The position numbers and the translations under genes were made by a program. Of a stretch of DNA of 64,000 nt, positions 11,556 to 25,036 are shown in pieces. The notes below the pieces were generated by a model. It was given only the letters and a program-made list of their open reading frames with translations, ran no database searches and was not told where the DNA came from. Positions within the stretch are counted from its first letter, which is position 1; each line of letters begins with the position of its first letter. This DNA is from Marsupella aquatica (Eukaryota; Plantae; Marchantiophyta): assembly GCA_973895155.1 (NCBI GenBank), contig OZ316893.1:16522645-16586644 (forward strand). The letters run 5' to 3'.

Positions 11556-14500
11556 ATGTCTAATTCAGTTGTGCTTCTTCGTCCTGATATTGGGGAGATT
11601 GTACGCATCCCTGTAGGTTCATCCGACATGTACAAACAGGTTAGTGAGAACTATCTTTGTGGAAGATTTGACATTGCCATCAATGACATCCATTCCATAA
11701 AACCTGACCATGCATTTGGAGAGGAGACAGATGACGCACTGTTTGATATCGACGATGGATTCAGATTTTGGCACCTCAACGTTGGAAAGAGATACATTAT
11801 CAATCTCCGGCAAAATTCCGTTCTGAATGAAATACATCCGGTTCCATTCATTGACCTTTCTGAGAGTGATGAGGAGGAGGTAGCCATAGATTTGCAGACA
11901 TCGGCCAATCCAGGGTCTTCTATCAAGATAGAAAGTCACTCTCCTTCCAAGCCAATTTTTGGGGGTGTTGTGTACCGTCAAAGCGCGATGGATGCCATTC
12001 TCAAATCAACTGGCCATAGTGAACTAACGCGGTTCATCCAAACAAGTGATTTCAGGCATGAGCAGGTGAATTGTCTACCAAGTAAATACAATGGAAATGT
12101 TGTGTTTGAATTGCCTCCCGCAGAAGGTCTGCTATCAAAAGGTTTGAGGCTCCGTGACATGGATTGGCCTAAAGACTGCTACTTCTGGACACAGATATTT
12201 CCAACTTTTGCGAATGTCCAACCTTAAAAGTTTTGGGAATTTGGTAAAGTGACGTGTACCGGAGCACTCAAATGTCAAAATCAGAAGTGTGATTATCTAT
12301 CGCGGAAGAAAAGAAGAAATTCAAAAGCTTGGGATGGGACACCCAAACTTGTGGGGCCACATACCGTGGGAAAGATTATTGAGGAGGGTGGGGTAGTTTG
12401 TCACTACTGCCAACAATTGCCCTTTTGTACTGAAGCTTGTCCGACAATGCTTTTTTATATGTACCCGCAATTACTTTTCGACGCGGATACATGTAAACAT
12501 ATGTCGCGTCTTGCTGTGCATGTCGGAACTCATGCGCATCCCAGTCGTAAAGTTTTTTCTTGTGGTGCAAAAAATATTGCTCATGAGTTCATAAAGAAGC
12601 AACATGAAGCTACACCATGTGCCACACCATCGGGTATGAAGAATGCCATAACTGGATCTTTAAGGAAGGCTCTTTGTGTGTCCAACAATGACATCGGAGA
12701 ATCAGAGGAAAGAGAAATTTGGGAGTCGTTAATGGTTGTTTTGACCCCTCAAAAGTTTGCATCTCTTTTTTGGAGTGTTCGGCAAGACCAAAAAGGTAAA
12801 GGTGAGTTAGAGTTTCTTGTGGAAATGCATAAATGCATAAAGTTTCCCTTTCTACAACGTTACATGCTCCCGGGTCAAGGCTGTAAGGAGGAGAGACCAC
12901 ATATTTTCAAAATGACAGTAAAAGGGCACAGATCTGGAATTGATTGTTGCGCCAAATGCAACCTGGAGGTCGACTAGAAGGCACGTGGGTTAGTTTTGAT
13001 GTGAATGAGGAGAATGACCAAGGATTGGATAACTTTTAGCACTCGCGTTTATGATCACAATTACCGTGCTCTTTGCACAATCTTCACATGTGAGTTGAAA
13101 GCTGAAGATTCTGAGTCGTTAGAAAAATCTTGGAAATTGATGATTGAGGTTTGCCATGAAAATGGGTTAGACAACGTAGTAATCCATGGATTCATGGCTG
13201 ACAATGCTCAAGCTGGATGGAATGTTGTTTGGAACATGTTTTTTGGTGGACATCCTAACCCGGAAAAGGAGCAATCGGATGCATTTCATTTCTATCAATC
13301 GTTTCATCGTCATTCAATTGAAGGAGTATTGGAAGAAAAATGAGACAAGCACCAGAAGATGTGGGACTCTTTAAGGAACGTGTCAACATTTCTTGGAGCC
13401 TACAGAATTTCCAGGGAAATTGATGTGTGGTGGAGATCAGGGAATTGTGTTCCAGGAAAGCTTCGGATGCTCCAAGGTTGGCTTGCGTGGTGGGTGGTCC
13501 GATGGCGTCAATGGGGAAATTTCATTCATTTGGTGAGTTTCAACATCCGTAAACAAGTAACACTCAAAATCAACATTTTAAAAGAAGTAATCAAACAAAG
13601 TCATACTAGCGCTTGGCGCTATCATTATTTCCAGTGACTTTCGTGTCCTAGGTTCACTCCAATATTTGCCAAGTTTTGATATTAGCGCCCGACGCTAGTT
13701 TCCATTAACCACTTATTTCTCATATTTGTCCACATTCTAGTGTGAATGGTGGTTCAAACATTTATTTATTGAATGCAGTGACTAAGTCATATTTCCTAAA
13801 TTGTGCTCCAAATGTTTGATGCAGAACAAAAGCGTAAAGGAAAGCGCTATGATTCCTAACTGTACTACTTCAGAGGCGGCACATTCCATAATGAAGGCTG
13901 GTCTATTTGAAGCATGTGAGATGGATCAAAACACGGCTCTCTCACAAGTTGCGGCATATATGGCGTATAAGAGAGGTCTTAATCGAGGAACCGGACCTAC
14001 AAATTGGGACTTGGCATTCCGTTCGGCAAACCAGGCAGGTTCTTCAAAACTTTTCCAAGATGCTTCCAATATGCTTCTTTCCGGTGCGGCTGAATTCGAC
14101 CTGGAAAGGAGTAGCCCTCTCAATGGGGATGTTACCACAAAGTCTATGAAGAGGAAAGGTCAAGCCTCTCGGGACATCTCGGCACAAGACTCCCATCGGC
14201 ATGACACTATTCTTGTAACATCACCAAATACTCAAGGCATGAAAAGGAAAAACTTAAACAAGACTGAATTCTCCCCGGTTGCATCGGGTCCTGTTCAGCA
14301 TGACATTGGCGTTGTGGACCTGTCGGAAAGTGAAATTGAAGAAGGCAGTCATTGGAGTACTCCGCCCTGGAGGAGGTCAACAAGGTTGTCTGCAACCCCG
14401 CAAAGTGCACCTCCCAACCTCCAAAAGGTTGTCCATGACTCAATTGTGTTGGAGACAGATGTGCGACCAGGGGCGTGGCACCTACGAAGAGTGACGAAAC

Positions 14501-15321
14501 ATGGTGCAGGGCCTCAGTGTAATGGATCTCTTGGTGGAAAATTGGATCGAGATGACTGTCGCAATCGTCTGAAAAAGGTTGGTTACCCATCAACGGATGG
14601 TGTAGTTGGCATTGTTGTCAAAGGATATCGCGTGTTCAGGGGAGAACCACATCCTAAGATGATTTGGTTTTGTCCCAACAATGCATGCTATAAGAGCCGG
14701 CCCCGTCGTAATGTGGTGAATCTTCCCCCATTTCCTCATAGCCTGCCTATTTTGAAAGGAAATAATCTTTCTGAAGCTGAGGTCCAATTCCTGACTCAGC
14801 AAGGGATTGCGATCAATCCAGAGGCCGGACGTCAGGCTGCTCCATCTCCATTTGACTTGCGAATCAATGTGAACCTTTTCCCGGAGAAAATCAATCTCCT
14901 TGAGCCAAATATCCACCTTTGGAGTAGGAATGGTAAAAATACAATCCCACGTTCAAATGTTTTGCAAGGGCACAACAAAAGAATTGAATCCGCAAACAAG
15001 GAGTCGATGACCCTCATTCAACAATTTGATGTTTTTGTCGGGAACTCTTGGGGCAAACAATTTCAGATCCAAACCCAAGAGAGACTTTGCACGACAAACA
15101 CTTATTGGGTAGAAATTTGCATTTTCCCATGTTGTTCTTGTGAGGACTTCTATCGTCGCCATTCTCATGGCAAACCCTTCATGCCTTGCAAGCATCTCTA
15201 TTGGGTGTATACCAACATCCTCAAACTAGATGTGGTGGATTCAACTTTGGCTAGTCAGCCAATTCTGACTGTAGGTGAGGTGAGACTCATTCTAGCTAGG
15301 CAGAATTCTCTGGACTTATAG
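11556..15321 (+). pseudogene. Mutator-like transposase (GCM-like Cys/His DNA-binding region, DDE-type core, C-terminal SWIM zinc finger), two exons, with stops and a frameshift
   Basis: CTGALKCQNQKC...CHYC...C...HVGTHAHP. Putative catalytic residues at SFDV, GFMADNAQA, AFHF and TTSEAAH. SWIM CSCEDF...PCKHLYWVY. Intron 13533-13824 (GTGAGT...GCAG). Stops at 12225 and 13341, frameshift near 12945. Confidence 0.82.
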
Positions 15322-18300
15322 ACTAGAGATTTAGTAATGTTCAACGGCTCCAAACTGATTTGTCGCATTGGAACTTTTCACTTCTTTTCAATGATACCAA
15401 ATCAGATAATCATTTTCAGTACACATGTTGTTACTACATATGGCTAGCATCGGGCGCTAGCTTCAATTTGTCCCGTTATGAGTGAATCTGTTTGATTATG
15501 GTCCGAATGCTTTCCAGTGTTAATCTTTTCGAACGGAATTTCCGTTTCTGAACTTTCCTATATTTGAGTTCGGGATAAAAATCTACCCCTTCTAGTTCAT
15601 ACTTCATTGAAGTGTACTTAATTATGGATTTATGAGCATCGTTCAATCGATTTGCATGGTCTCATCTACAACTCTTTGTTTTTTTGTTAGCGCCTAGAGC
15701 TATTACATAGTACCGTTCCGATCCCGATGATATTTTTAGAATTGTTATTTTTTTGAGTGTGCCTCGCCTCAATAGCCTGTGTATGGTGGGACCCACTCTA
15801 TGGTTTACGCATATATGGTGGACAAGTAATTCAGTTACAGAGACAGCATGTGACTTTTGTTGTTGCAAGGAACCCGATCAAGTCTTACCTTTCCATAAAA
15901 AATGGGCAGAAAACTTCATATATTTACAGGTATCAGTTCTTGTTTTCCTGTTAACAGGAATCCTATTTTCCTGTTTCTTGTGTCGGTGGTGATGCCTGCT
16001 TCAACATCCTGTGATTCTGCCAACTTGCCCACACAAAGGTTTGTCCAAATTGGGTTCATAGAGGCAATCTGAACTGCCTCTGACAATGTAAAAGACTGAG
16101 GAAGCTTTGTTTGACAACGTGCATCCCCCCTCTATGGATCTAGCTCCACTACTACTCCTTGAGGCTCAAGAGCTTTGGCTGCCCCACATGTCAAAGTTGT
16201 TGATGCATCAATATGCGTAGTGCCACACATGAATCCCATGGTGGCAAGGTCTCCATAAGACCCATACAATGTGGAAGCTCCATGAGATGAGTCGCGGAAC
16301 TCGACTACCTTAACACTTAGCTCCGGCGTCGCTGACTCCAACGCCAAGCTCCCTTATGGTCCAGGCCCGGATAGGCCATCCGGGGAGGACTTAGCATGGG
16401 GAGACTAGTGGGCAATGCGACGTGGCACTAGCGAAGGCAAGGAGCCAAGGGTGACACACACTAAGGACTTAGGTGAGCTAAGAGCTGGTTGGGTCAAGGG
16501 GAAAGGGGCCGGACTCAAGGTCAACCATCCGGGCCCCTGGACGGACTTTGAGTTCTGAGGGCTTGAGTGTGAGCTCCTCTTGGGCCCAAGGCCAATGGAG
16601 TTGACGCCATGGGCAACGGATGCGTGGGGCGTGAGTTATGGCCCGATCCGGGTTTGGCCAATCGGAGACCCCGAGCAGAGATGAGACCTGAGGGCCTAGG
16701 CATGAGCACTGGGTTGGCCACTTGCGGACGCCTAACGAGAAAGTTATGGGCGTTGCCAGTTGGTGGCACGCCCACTATGCGCGATAGGATCCGGATTGGA
16801 GGCCAAATTTTTGGGGACCAAAGTTGGTCCGGGGGTGGCAGGTCTCTAGAAACATATATGAGGGGAGTGGTGTCTCCCTGGTGCGAGCCAAAATCGTGAG
16901 CCGCGGCGGTCGCGACACTAAGGGAAAGCGCCAAACGGAAACGACGAAACGAAGCATCGGGAGGACCTATCGCTGACCTATTTACCAATGTCTGTTGAGC
17001 TTGAGTTAGGATGCTAGACTTGGCGAGTTCTAGATCCTGAAGGTTACTTATCGAGGTGCTTGGTTGCTTGCGCAGACAATGAGGACCATTGAGGGGTATA
17101 ACCACCGTGATAGCAAATAGATATGCTCATACGAGCAAATTTTGCCTCGTACACTAGAAGAAACCGGCCCTATCTGAGACCCTCCCTTACATGACTTACT
17201 TGAGACCTTTGGAAATTAGTGACTCCAAGGTTATTGGTGTCATCTTTGTTACACCTTCTCAACTAAGTTTTGGTGAATTTTTGGAGAGTCATATCTATAA
17301 CTATTTGGAGTGTTGCAATTGTAACTTAGTGTAGGCAATTATTTTGAAGTTTTATAAGTGACTCAGCACAATTATAATAGCGCTTTCTGCCATATTTATC
17401 ACCATGGTTGCACATATATAAGAACAATATAACTTTGGCTCTTATTAAATAATAATGCCGACCCACATCCCAAATCCAACCCATACATATATACTTTATA
17501 TGTATGATTGACAAAATGATTATAGGTATATGTACCGGAGGTCGGTGCTATTGCAAGTCGCGCGCCATGATGCAGGCCACTGGTTACTCCATCATACAAA
17601 GAGAAAGACACACACTGAACCCACTAACATCATTTGGCAGCATTCTGTCTCCAAATATACCCCTTGGCCAATTTCAAATGGTTGCAACTCCCTTCATCTA
17701 GGAATATTGAACAACCCAATATTAGGGACTCTTTTTGTTAAGGGTACAATGCAATGCCTTTGCCGCAAGACCACTTCTACCTACTCTTCCTTGTAATGCG
17801 TGTTGCCCTCAATTGGCTTCATGAACCCCTTCACCTAATGGACCATGCCACAAGTTTCCACGTGTTACATGGTAATGCCTTTGCCCATTGACTGTTTTTC
17901 CCAAACCCCTTGTGCCAAAACCCTTGGGAGAAACGACGAGTGCCTTCGCGCGCACAGAGTGTCAGCATTTGGCGAGCGAGAAGGAAGAGCCGAACATCGT
18001 CAGGCTTGGGCCCTAGGTTTCCTGAGTGAATCCTATCGAGCTTCTTTGAGTGTCTTGTCTCCGCTGTGCGCTTGCAGTCAAAGGCTTGGATTCTCGCTAC
18101 TATTGGGAGCTCGGGGTTGGAATGAGGGTTGAGTCATTGGCATTTTGTTGGCAGTGGAAGGAGCTGTGGGTTTAGGAGGCTGCTTATTGCAAGCACAAAA
18201 CATTGCAGCGGTGACATTGCTAGGTTTTGCTACTGTGCTGAGTGAGGTTGAGGCTGGGTCCAGAGTTTACAAAGGTTGTCGGGAGGTTTATCGCGGATGA

Positions 18301-21300
18301 CTGGCGATTGGTGAGGCCTATTTGCATTCATCTCCACTATCATTGGGTACCCGAGATACAACGATCGACCTTCTATACAGAGGCGAGGAAGTGACGAGAA
18401 CCTACAACTCTTTGCGGGAATGCGTGGTCTTCTGCTTACCTGATTGCCCTCATGCTTGACTGTAAATACATTAGTAAAGTTTTGCTTTGGCTCAACTTTG
18501 GTCTTTTTTGGCCTTGCGTGACTGCGCTCACTTCTCTCGGTTTCCAGTGTGCAATTGGCTAAAGACCTGGATGTCATGCTGTGAGCGCAAGCTGCTAGTA
18601 GTTGTCCATAGCTTGGGGAAAGCGGTGGGGACTGAGGCCACAAAGGAGTTTGACCTGCACTTTTTTTTCTTTGCAGCAAGAGCGAGAGTGAGACGAGTTG
18701 CAAATTGAGTTTCATTGAGCTACTGCCCTGGGCTTGGCGGAGGTCCTACACTCTTGTGTCGCTCACTTGTTCAGCTGCGGTGGGAGCGGGCTTTTGGTAG
18801 TGACCTGTTCAGTTGCAGTGGGAGCTGACAACTTTGGTGGCTGTGGTGTTGAGCTTCTGAGGAGGGCAAGCAACTGCGTGATGTGCCCTTGAGTGAATGT
18901 CTCTTGGAGGAGCTGCGAAGTGGTGAAAGGGGAAGGAGGTGAGCTCGGGCCTGGAAGCAATGTGCTTCTCCAACATTTTTGCACAATGCAATGCTGCTCA
19001 ATCGTTTATCCTTCCTCTAAAGCTGAGTGTGACGCATCGACCTTTGACGGGAGTATCTGCATTACAGTTTGCTACATACGGATGCTCTCTGTGTGGCAAT
19101 CGCCAATAGCTAGCGCAATGGAGGGTTCGACGTCAACTTTGAGTCATTGATCAGTGCACACTACATCGCTCTCCCTTTGCTAAACCCTTTCTTTTGGCTT
19201 GGTTCTTGGTGCCTTTGGCATAGGAGCGACGTTATTGCTAATCAACTCCCAAATCAACTTTGGAGGTGCGGGTTAGAAGGGGTTGGAGAGAGGAGGTCCA
19301 AACCGAGAATGCCCTTCACCGTCAACGGTTTCTACTAGTCCCGGCCATGCAGCTGAAAGTGCGCTTCTTTCAGGTGTCGTAGCATTCTGCCAGCCGGGTG
19401 CTTGGACTGCAGAGAAGAGCAGCCACAGTCATTCAGTTCTTCTCCTAGCTCAGCTGTGCATTGTCAACCATCGAGCGCTGCTGCGCGCTAGCTGTGAACC
19501 CCAAGAGGAGCTGCGACAAGGAGGAGATGCAACCAAGAGGAGATGCGACGAAGAGGAGATGCGACCAAGAGAAGCTGCTGCATCCCACATTGAGTTGGAC
19601 ATTGAGGTAGGGACGTGAGCTACGCACTTTCAACCATCAAGCAACCACCAAGCTCGGCAGCGCTCTGGGATTTGTTGGCCACAACAGACAAAGCGGAAGA
19701 CAAAGGTGAGTGTTCGTGCACCGTTAGAGTAACCGCAAGTACTCTATTACATGCCTCGTTGTTCTCTATTACATGCCTTGTTCTCCCGCCCACTGTTTCC
19801 TGCGATTTTCTTTCTTCCATAAGAGAATGGTGATTTCTTCTTCTATCAAACAAAACCCCACCCAACCACCACACAAGAACGTGGGGTGCGCGCTTCTTAA
19901 TCCTCCTCAAACTGGCCCATTGTTCATTGAAACCCCACATATTACCCACCGGCACCAAGGGTCCAGTCCCAACCCGTCTTCCGCTCCCCACCATCTTCAC
20001 TCTCTCGCGCATCTATCTCCTGAACGGCGTCGCTCTCCCTTAGACGCAGAATGCTCCGCTGTGATATTGCCTCCAACTTTTCTAGTGCAGTCTAGGCAAT
20101 TAGACTGCTTTTGCGAAAACTGCCCTTCTTAAAAGTGAGCAATACTAATAAGCCCCGGGGGTGGAGCGTTTGTTACGATGGCCGTGGACCTACCGTGGGC
20201 TATGGTAGAACACTCTATTGTCTATGATGATTCTGAATCTGCTTGAACTGCGAGTGGATGTGCTTTAAGACAAACTTGTCGGAGAAATTAGAATGGGGGG
20301 ACGGAGCTGTCAGTGCTTAGGTTGTGGCATTTTTGAGATTGTCAAGAGTAATCTGTGATCTCATTTCTAAATGGTTTGAGCTCCTCTGATGTGCATAGGA
20401 ATCGGGCTGAGGAAAGCTTTTGGGAGCTATCATCGGAACTAGCTTTCGATCTATTTCTGCTACTTTTGAATTGGTACTTGGGAAGGCTTTGTATCGTTAA
20501 GCACTACAAGATTCACAGGCCAGACCTGCTTGCTAGTATGAGGGGCTTTGAAGGAATGTGTGGCCAGGGCTGATTAAGTATGGATTAATTTTGCATTGCC
20601 TGAGATACTGAAACTGCCACCCGCTTTGTTTCAATGCCTTTGATATTAATTGTTAATATCTCAAGAGGGTCGTCAACTAAGCTGAAAGGAGTCAAAGCTA
20701 ACTACAAGCTAGCAAATACAGAGAATGCTCCCAAGTCGAGTCAGGAGGAAGTTACTAAAACTAGACCTTCACAACTCTCGAAACTGGAAAGTGAAATTCA
20801 GCGTGAGACACGTAGCTGAAGGCCACAAGGATAACTATATGGCCACGCTGTCCCCCATTCAAGTCCAAAGTCCTCTTCAGATTGTCTGAACTCCTATTGA
20901 ATGTATTGAATAATTATTTCATCACAGAAATTTTCAGAACAAACACGGAAGCACCAGGGGGCTGAGGATTGGATATTGAGGCTGAAGACATTGAGGTCAT
21001 AAACTAGGTGTGGTTCGGGTGACAATGTTAGCAACTGATGCTTCTTCAGGGGAACTTCCCATGTGCAGTTTATCCACACATGATTGACTTTGGTTCTTGC
21101 TGTTTTTCTTTTGGTGTACTCTTGAGTTTGGTGTCACTCTATCCTTTCCTGTAGCCTCGAAATAGGAACACACCTGCTTAGTGGTCCCCAATCGCCCAAT
21201 GATTTATAATGACTGTGTCTAGGTGATGTATGCATTGCGTGTTCAATCCAGAAGAATGAATATGTACACTTTGCACAAACCTGGACAGATTTTGAATGTT

Positions 21301-21701
21301 ATTTATCTGAGTTTTTGTTTGTGAGCTCTGACTTGGAGCCTTAACATTTGTGTTTCTGTGGGGCTGAGCAGAGTTTGTTCCGTCTAGAAGCTGCTGTACT
21401 GAAGTGATCAGCCTCCGGCTTGGAGGTGAATCTTCAATTTTTTGTGGATCCGAGTGACTTCTGTCTAGCTGAGTTTTGCTTTGTCGGGACGATTGTGTTT
21501 GGCTAAGATGCTAGATTGTGGCTTGTCTTCTTGCTTCCAGCTTGTGTATTTTCAATTAATAGAAGTTGGGAACGAAGTGATAATTGAATTTCCTTATATT
21601 AAGCATCTTCACCTAGAAACTCAATACATAAACTCCAGGATTCCCTCGGGACATAAAATGAGCCAAATTGTCTCAAAATTGGGAACCTGCACCCGCACTA
21701 C

Positions 21702-22044
21702 TCAAACAATTGTGTTGGGCTTGGTGGCCTTGTAAGTCTTCTTTAGCTTTCGCAATGGAGGTTGAATCTTGCAGTACGTCAAGGGGAACTTGATCTTTGA
21801 ATCATGGAACTGCTTGGTACTTTCTCGCTTGCACAGAGAGACAGGGACTGTCGTAGTCTTCATGATCTGGATGCAAGGGAACCGAACTCTATGACAAGAA
21901 GCCATCTCATCATACATCTGCTCTGCAGCTCCGTTTCTTGTGGTATCACAATATTCCTTGTACATGTTGTGATAACCTGTACGACTCTGATACGTGGACC
22001 CAGATACCGAAGTTCTTAATTGTGGTGGGCTTCTTTTCGAAGAT
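21702..22044 (-). pseudogene. RPL18A: Captured terminal exon of 60S ribosomal protein L18a (eL20), frameshifted
   Basis: [15 protein letters not shown] / [46 protein letters not shown]...[18 protein letters not shown]...YKATKPN matches the plant RPL18a C-terminal part. Preceded by acceptor CTACCAG. One-nt frameshift near 21997. Confidence 0.93.
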
Positions 22045-23052
22045 CTGGTAGACACATTATTCAGCATTTGCTAACTTCGAAACTAGAAGGGTAACACATT
22101 AAACAACAGAGAAACTCACAACATCCTCCTTTGGTCCTTCAGAGTCTGTACTTTGATTCTGAAGTTTGACTGAGTTTTTGTTTACTAAAAGAATGTGACT
22201 GTGTAAGAGTTCCGTTTGGCAGTGGATTGGTTGAAGCACTTCATGCTAGTGTGTTGTCCACAGCTGTTCAACCAGCTTTTGTCTTCCTTGTCTTTCACCA
22301 CTTACGATGACATCAATTCAGCTAAGACCATAGAAGGTTCCAAAGCATCTAACTTGTAAAATCGCATTCTGTTACATCAAGGACTAAGGTGTTGGGTGCC
22401 AAAGGAGACAGCACAACAAACACGCTGAAAAGACTTCAGGACTGGGTTCAACAAGGTAGTGAAGGTGCTTAGAGCCATAGTAAGTATGCATTCTGTATCT
22501 TTCTCTGTTGATGTGAGCTTGTGCATAATGGGAGTTGTAGTTGGCAAGAGTTCCAAATATGAATAGATCCAGAAGTATGTGATCATGTACTTGCTCTATA
22601 AAGTTCTGAAGATATAAGCATTTTCTGTTAGACCAGGCAACTTGGGAGTTGGTAAGTGTCACCTGCATCTGAGGGGCTACACCGGGGCATCAGTGGAGGT
22701 TCACTTGCACAACACGACAACCAGTGAATTTTCTCTCTGCTGCAACCTGCAAGGTGAGACTTTTGGTCTTTCTGGATGAAAAAACAGGAGTTTAATATGA
22801 TTGATATACATGTCCGTCGAGAATATGGGTTTATCACCAAGCTCTTTGTCTTAGGAAACTCATAAACTCATAATCAAATATGTACTATGCACGTTTCATG
22901 CTATGTGTATACTATGGCCTGTAGTTGGAACCAAGACAATGAGTGGGAACTGATTAGTTTAGGTGGTTGCTGTTGGCGAGGCAAGTCGACCTCCTGCTCA
23001 CCTTGCTCATCAAAGGACGTGAACAGAGGACATCACAACGAAAGCAACACTT

Positions 23053-23502
23053 ATGGTGAGGACCCGCAACGCTGAACATGTGCGACTTGCACGCAAGGCA
23101 GAGATGTTGCGCCTTGAGTATGTCAGACTTGGGATCCTTCCAGCCCAGTCTGCATGGTACTTTGAGTACCCTGTTGTTTCCAGGAACAACTACAGCCGGC
23201 CTCTACCTGCTTCAGTACCCTTCCCGACATCCTTGGTATTTGTGTCTCTTGTACATGACCCGCCACAAATTAGGTGCCACGGGTGTGTACACAGTTGCCA
23301 ATATGACTGTCCTGCCTGTAGGGCTTCTGGCCCAGAATTGGATGACCGTTCTCTTGGATGCCGATTTTTGCACAGAGCACAATGTATCATCTGGAACCAC
23401 TTGCCATCCTGCAGTGTGCCTGGTGATGTCACTTGTCCTGCCCTCCCAGACCCCACCACCGGTGACTTTGGTGTCTACACATGTTTGGATCACATGCTCT
23501 AG
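23053..23502 (+). CDS. 149-aa Cys/His-rich protein of unknown function (CACTA passenger)
   Basis: ATG-initiated open ORF starting MVRTR. Many Cys/His pairs (CHGC, CPAC, CLDH). Confidence 0.4.
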   Translation: MVRTRNAEHVRLARKAEMLRLEYVRLGILPAQSAWYFEYPVVSRNNYSRPLPASVPFPTSLVFVSLVHDPPQIRCHGCVHSCQYDCPACRASGPELDDRSLGCRFLHRAQCIIWNHLPSCSVPGDVTCPALPDPTTGDFGVYTCLDHML

Positions 23503-24111
23503 AGGACCACTTGTCACACCGCATGCACAGACCAGATACCATTGACCTATAGCTTAACACTCTGACTTCAACACAGAGGATATTTACTTAAAATTTTGAT
23601 GTATGAGCAATTTTGGGTCCAGGGTTTAGGGTCAACAGTACATAACTTATATCCTATTATGCCTGCACTAAGCAAAATATCCTAATTTAAGAGGCTAGCA
23701 AACTCGCATAAAAGTCTCTATTGAAAGACTGCTTTCATGACTGCTTTAACCTGGTGAACATTGCAACGTTGAATGAATTAATGGGCCATGTGATAATATG
23801 CAAAATGATTTATGCCTCACTTATTTGTCTCAGCCACTATCATAACCTATTTAGGATGTATAAATTTCAACCCTTATGACACTGCTTCATACCAATCCTC
23901 TTCGAAGAATGCCTGTTTTACATGTCACGACTATTGTATGTGATTCAAATGCATGAAATGTTGTTGCAGATCTCCTTTGGTGAATCATAGCCACAATTAA
24001 AATTGAGGTGTTGGTGGAGAAATAGGGGATCAGTTTTGTGTGTGGGCTCAACATACCAAAAGTATGTGTGCTCTGCATCCTTGTGTGGCCATTCCAATTC
24101 ATTGCAGTAGC

Positions 24112-24255
24112 AAATGCCTTTGTACCTTAAATGCTAAATATATTTTACTTTCTGTGCAGTCTGCTAAATTGTAGAGTCTATCTAAATGCCTTTGTACCTT
24201 AAATGCTAAATATATTTTACTTTCTGTGCAGTCTGCTAAATTGTAGAGTCTATCT
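24112..24255. repeat. Perfect 72-bp tandem duplication
   Basis: AAATGCCTTTGTACC...GTAGAGTCTATCT at 24112-24183, repeated at 24184-24255. Confidence 0.95.
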
Positions 24256-24388
24256 CATGCGCAGGCATGGCACGGCCTAAAATTCAAGCCAAAAAGCGTG
24301 TGACAGAGGTGAGAAACACAGGTGTACTTGGGGCAGATGCTACTAACTTCTCTGCAAGTCAGATTTTCCAGAAGGCAGCTCATTGTTG

Positions 24389-24845
24389 TGTTGAGCATAG
24401 ACGACGATCGCAACGGCAAGCCCATGAACCATCCAACGCACAATAGTCGACACAAGAGATACGTGGTTCACCTCCTTGAGGCTACGTCCACGGGAACACA
24501 TAAGAGAGCTTTACTGAACTCTAAGCCCGTCGGCTATACCGAGTCTCCACAGTGTAAGTTCTCCCTATCTCTCAAGTGGCTCCATAACAATGAGCCTTGG
24601 TTCTACCTCTCCAAGCACACATGCCTCTTATGATATAGTGTGCAACTTAGTTGTACCTAACCACATAGTTGTACCTAACCACATAGTTGTACCTAACCAC
24701 ATAGTTGTACCTAATCACGTAGTTGTACCTAACCACATAGTTGTACCTAATCACGTAGTTGTACCTAACCACGTAGTTGTACCAACCCACGTTGTTGTAC
24801 CAACCACGTCATACCTAACCTAGACGTAAGAGTAAATACCCAACA
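24389..24845 (-). repeat. 3' LTR of copia element 1 (457 bp; 9 units of an 18-bp repeat)
   Basis: TGTTGAGC...CCCAACA, adjacent to the PPT (ATCTTCCCCTT at 24846-24856 on the + strand). Confidence 0.95.
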
Positions 24846-25036
24846 ATCTTCCCCTTGACTCTGGTCTAGGGGAGAGTAATACTGTCAATGTATATGATCC
24901 CTCAGCGGGAAGTTCTGGACAGAAACCAAACCGGTTTCCCTCTCTAACTAGAGCAAACCAGAACTAAGCCGTAGCCTAATACATAGGAATGAGGAAGAGC
25001 ATATATCAGTAATTATAATGAATGTTTAAGAAAACT

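Larger units (their letters stand above)
3660..15996. mobile_element. Large Mutator-like DNA transposon, copy 1 (transposase plus ParB-MTase-like gene); left end truncated or undefined
   Basis: Divergent gene pair homologous to copy 2. 16 TAGCGCCNGGCGCTA-type palindromes from 3893 to 15702. The right end ...CGGTGGTGATGCC (15996) resembles the copy-2 and MITE termini, with TTCCTGTT subterminal repeats. Confidence 0.7.

Noticed and set aside
15997-17092. GC-rich spacer with ORFs 16132-16347 and 16521-17105
   Set aside because: No recognisable domain, termini or TSD. Probably a repeat fragment but cannot be classified.
22384-22668. Weak resemblance of LLDLFIFGTLANY to a PCI-domain helix
   Set aside because: Too short to support without a search.
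24590-24823. VVPNH-repeat ORFs in all four copia LTRs; superficially CRISPR-like array
   Set aside because: These are translations of a head-to-tail 18-bp repeat with no unique spacers, antisense within an LTR.
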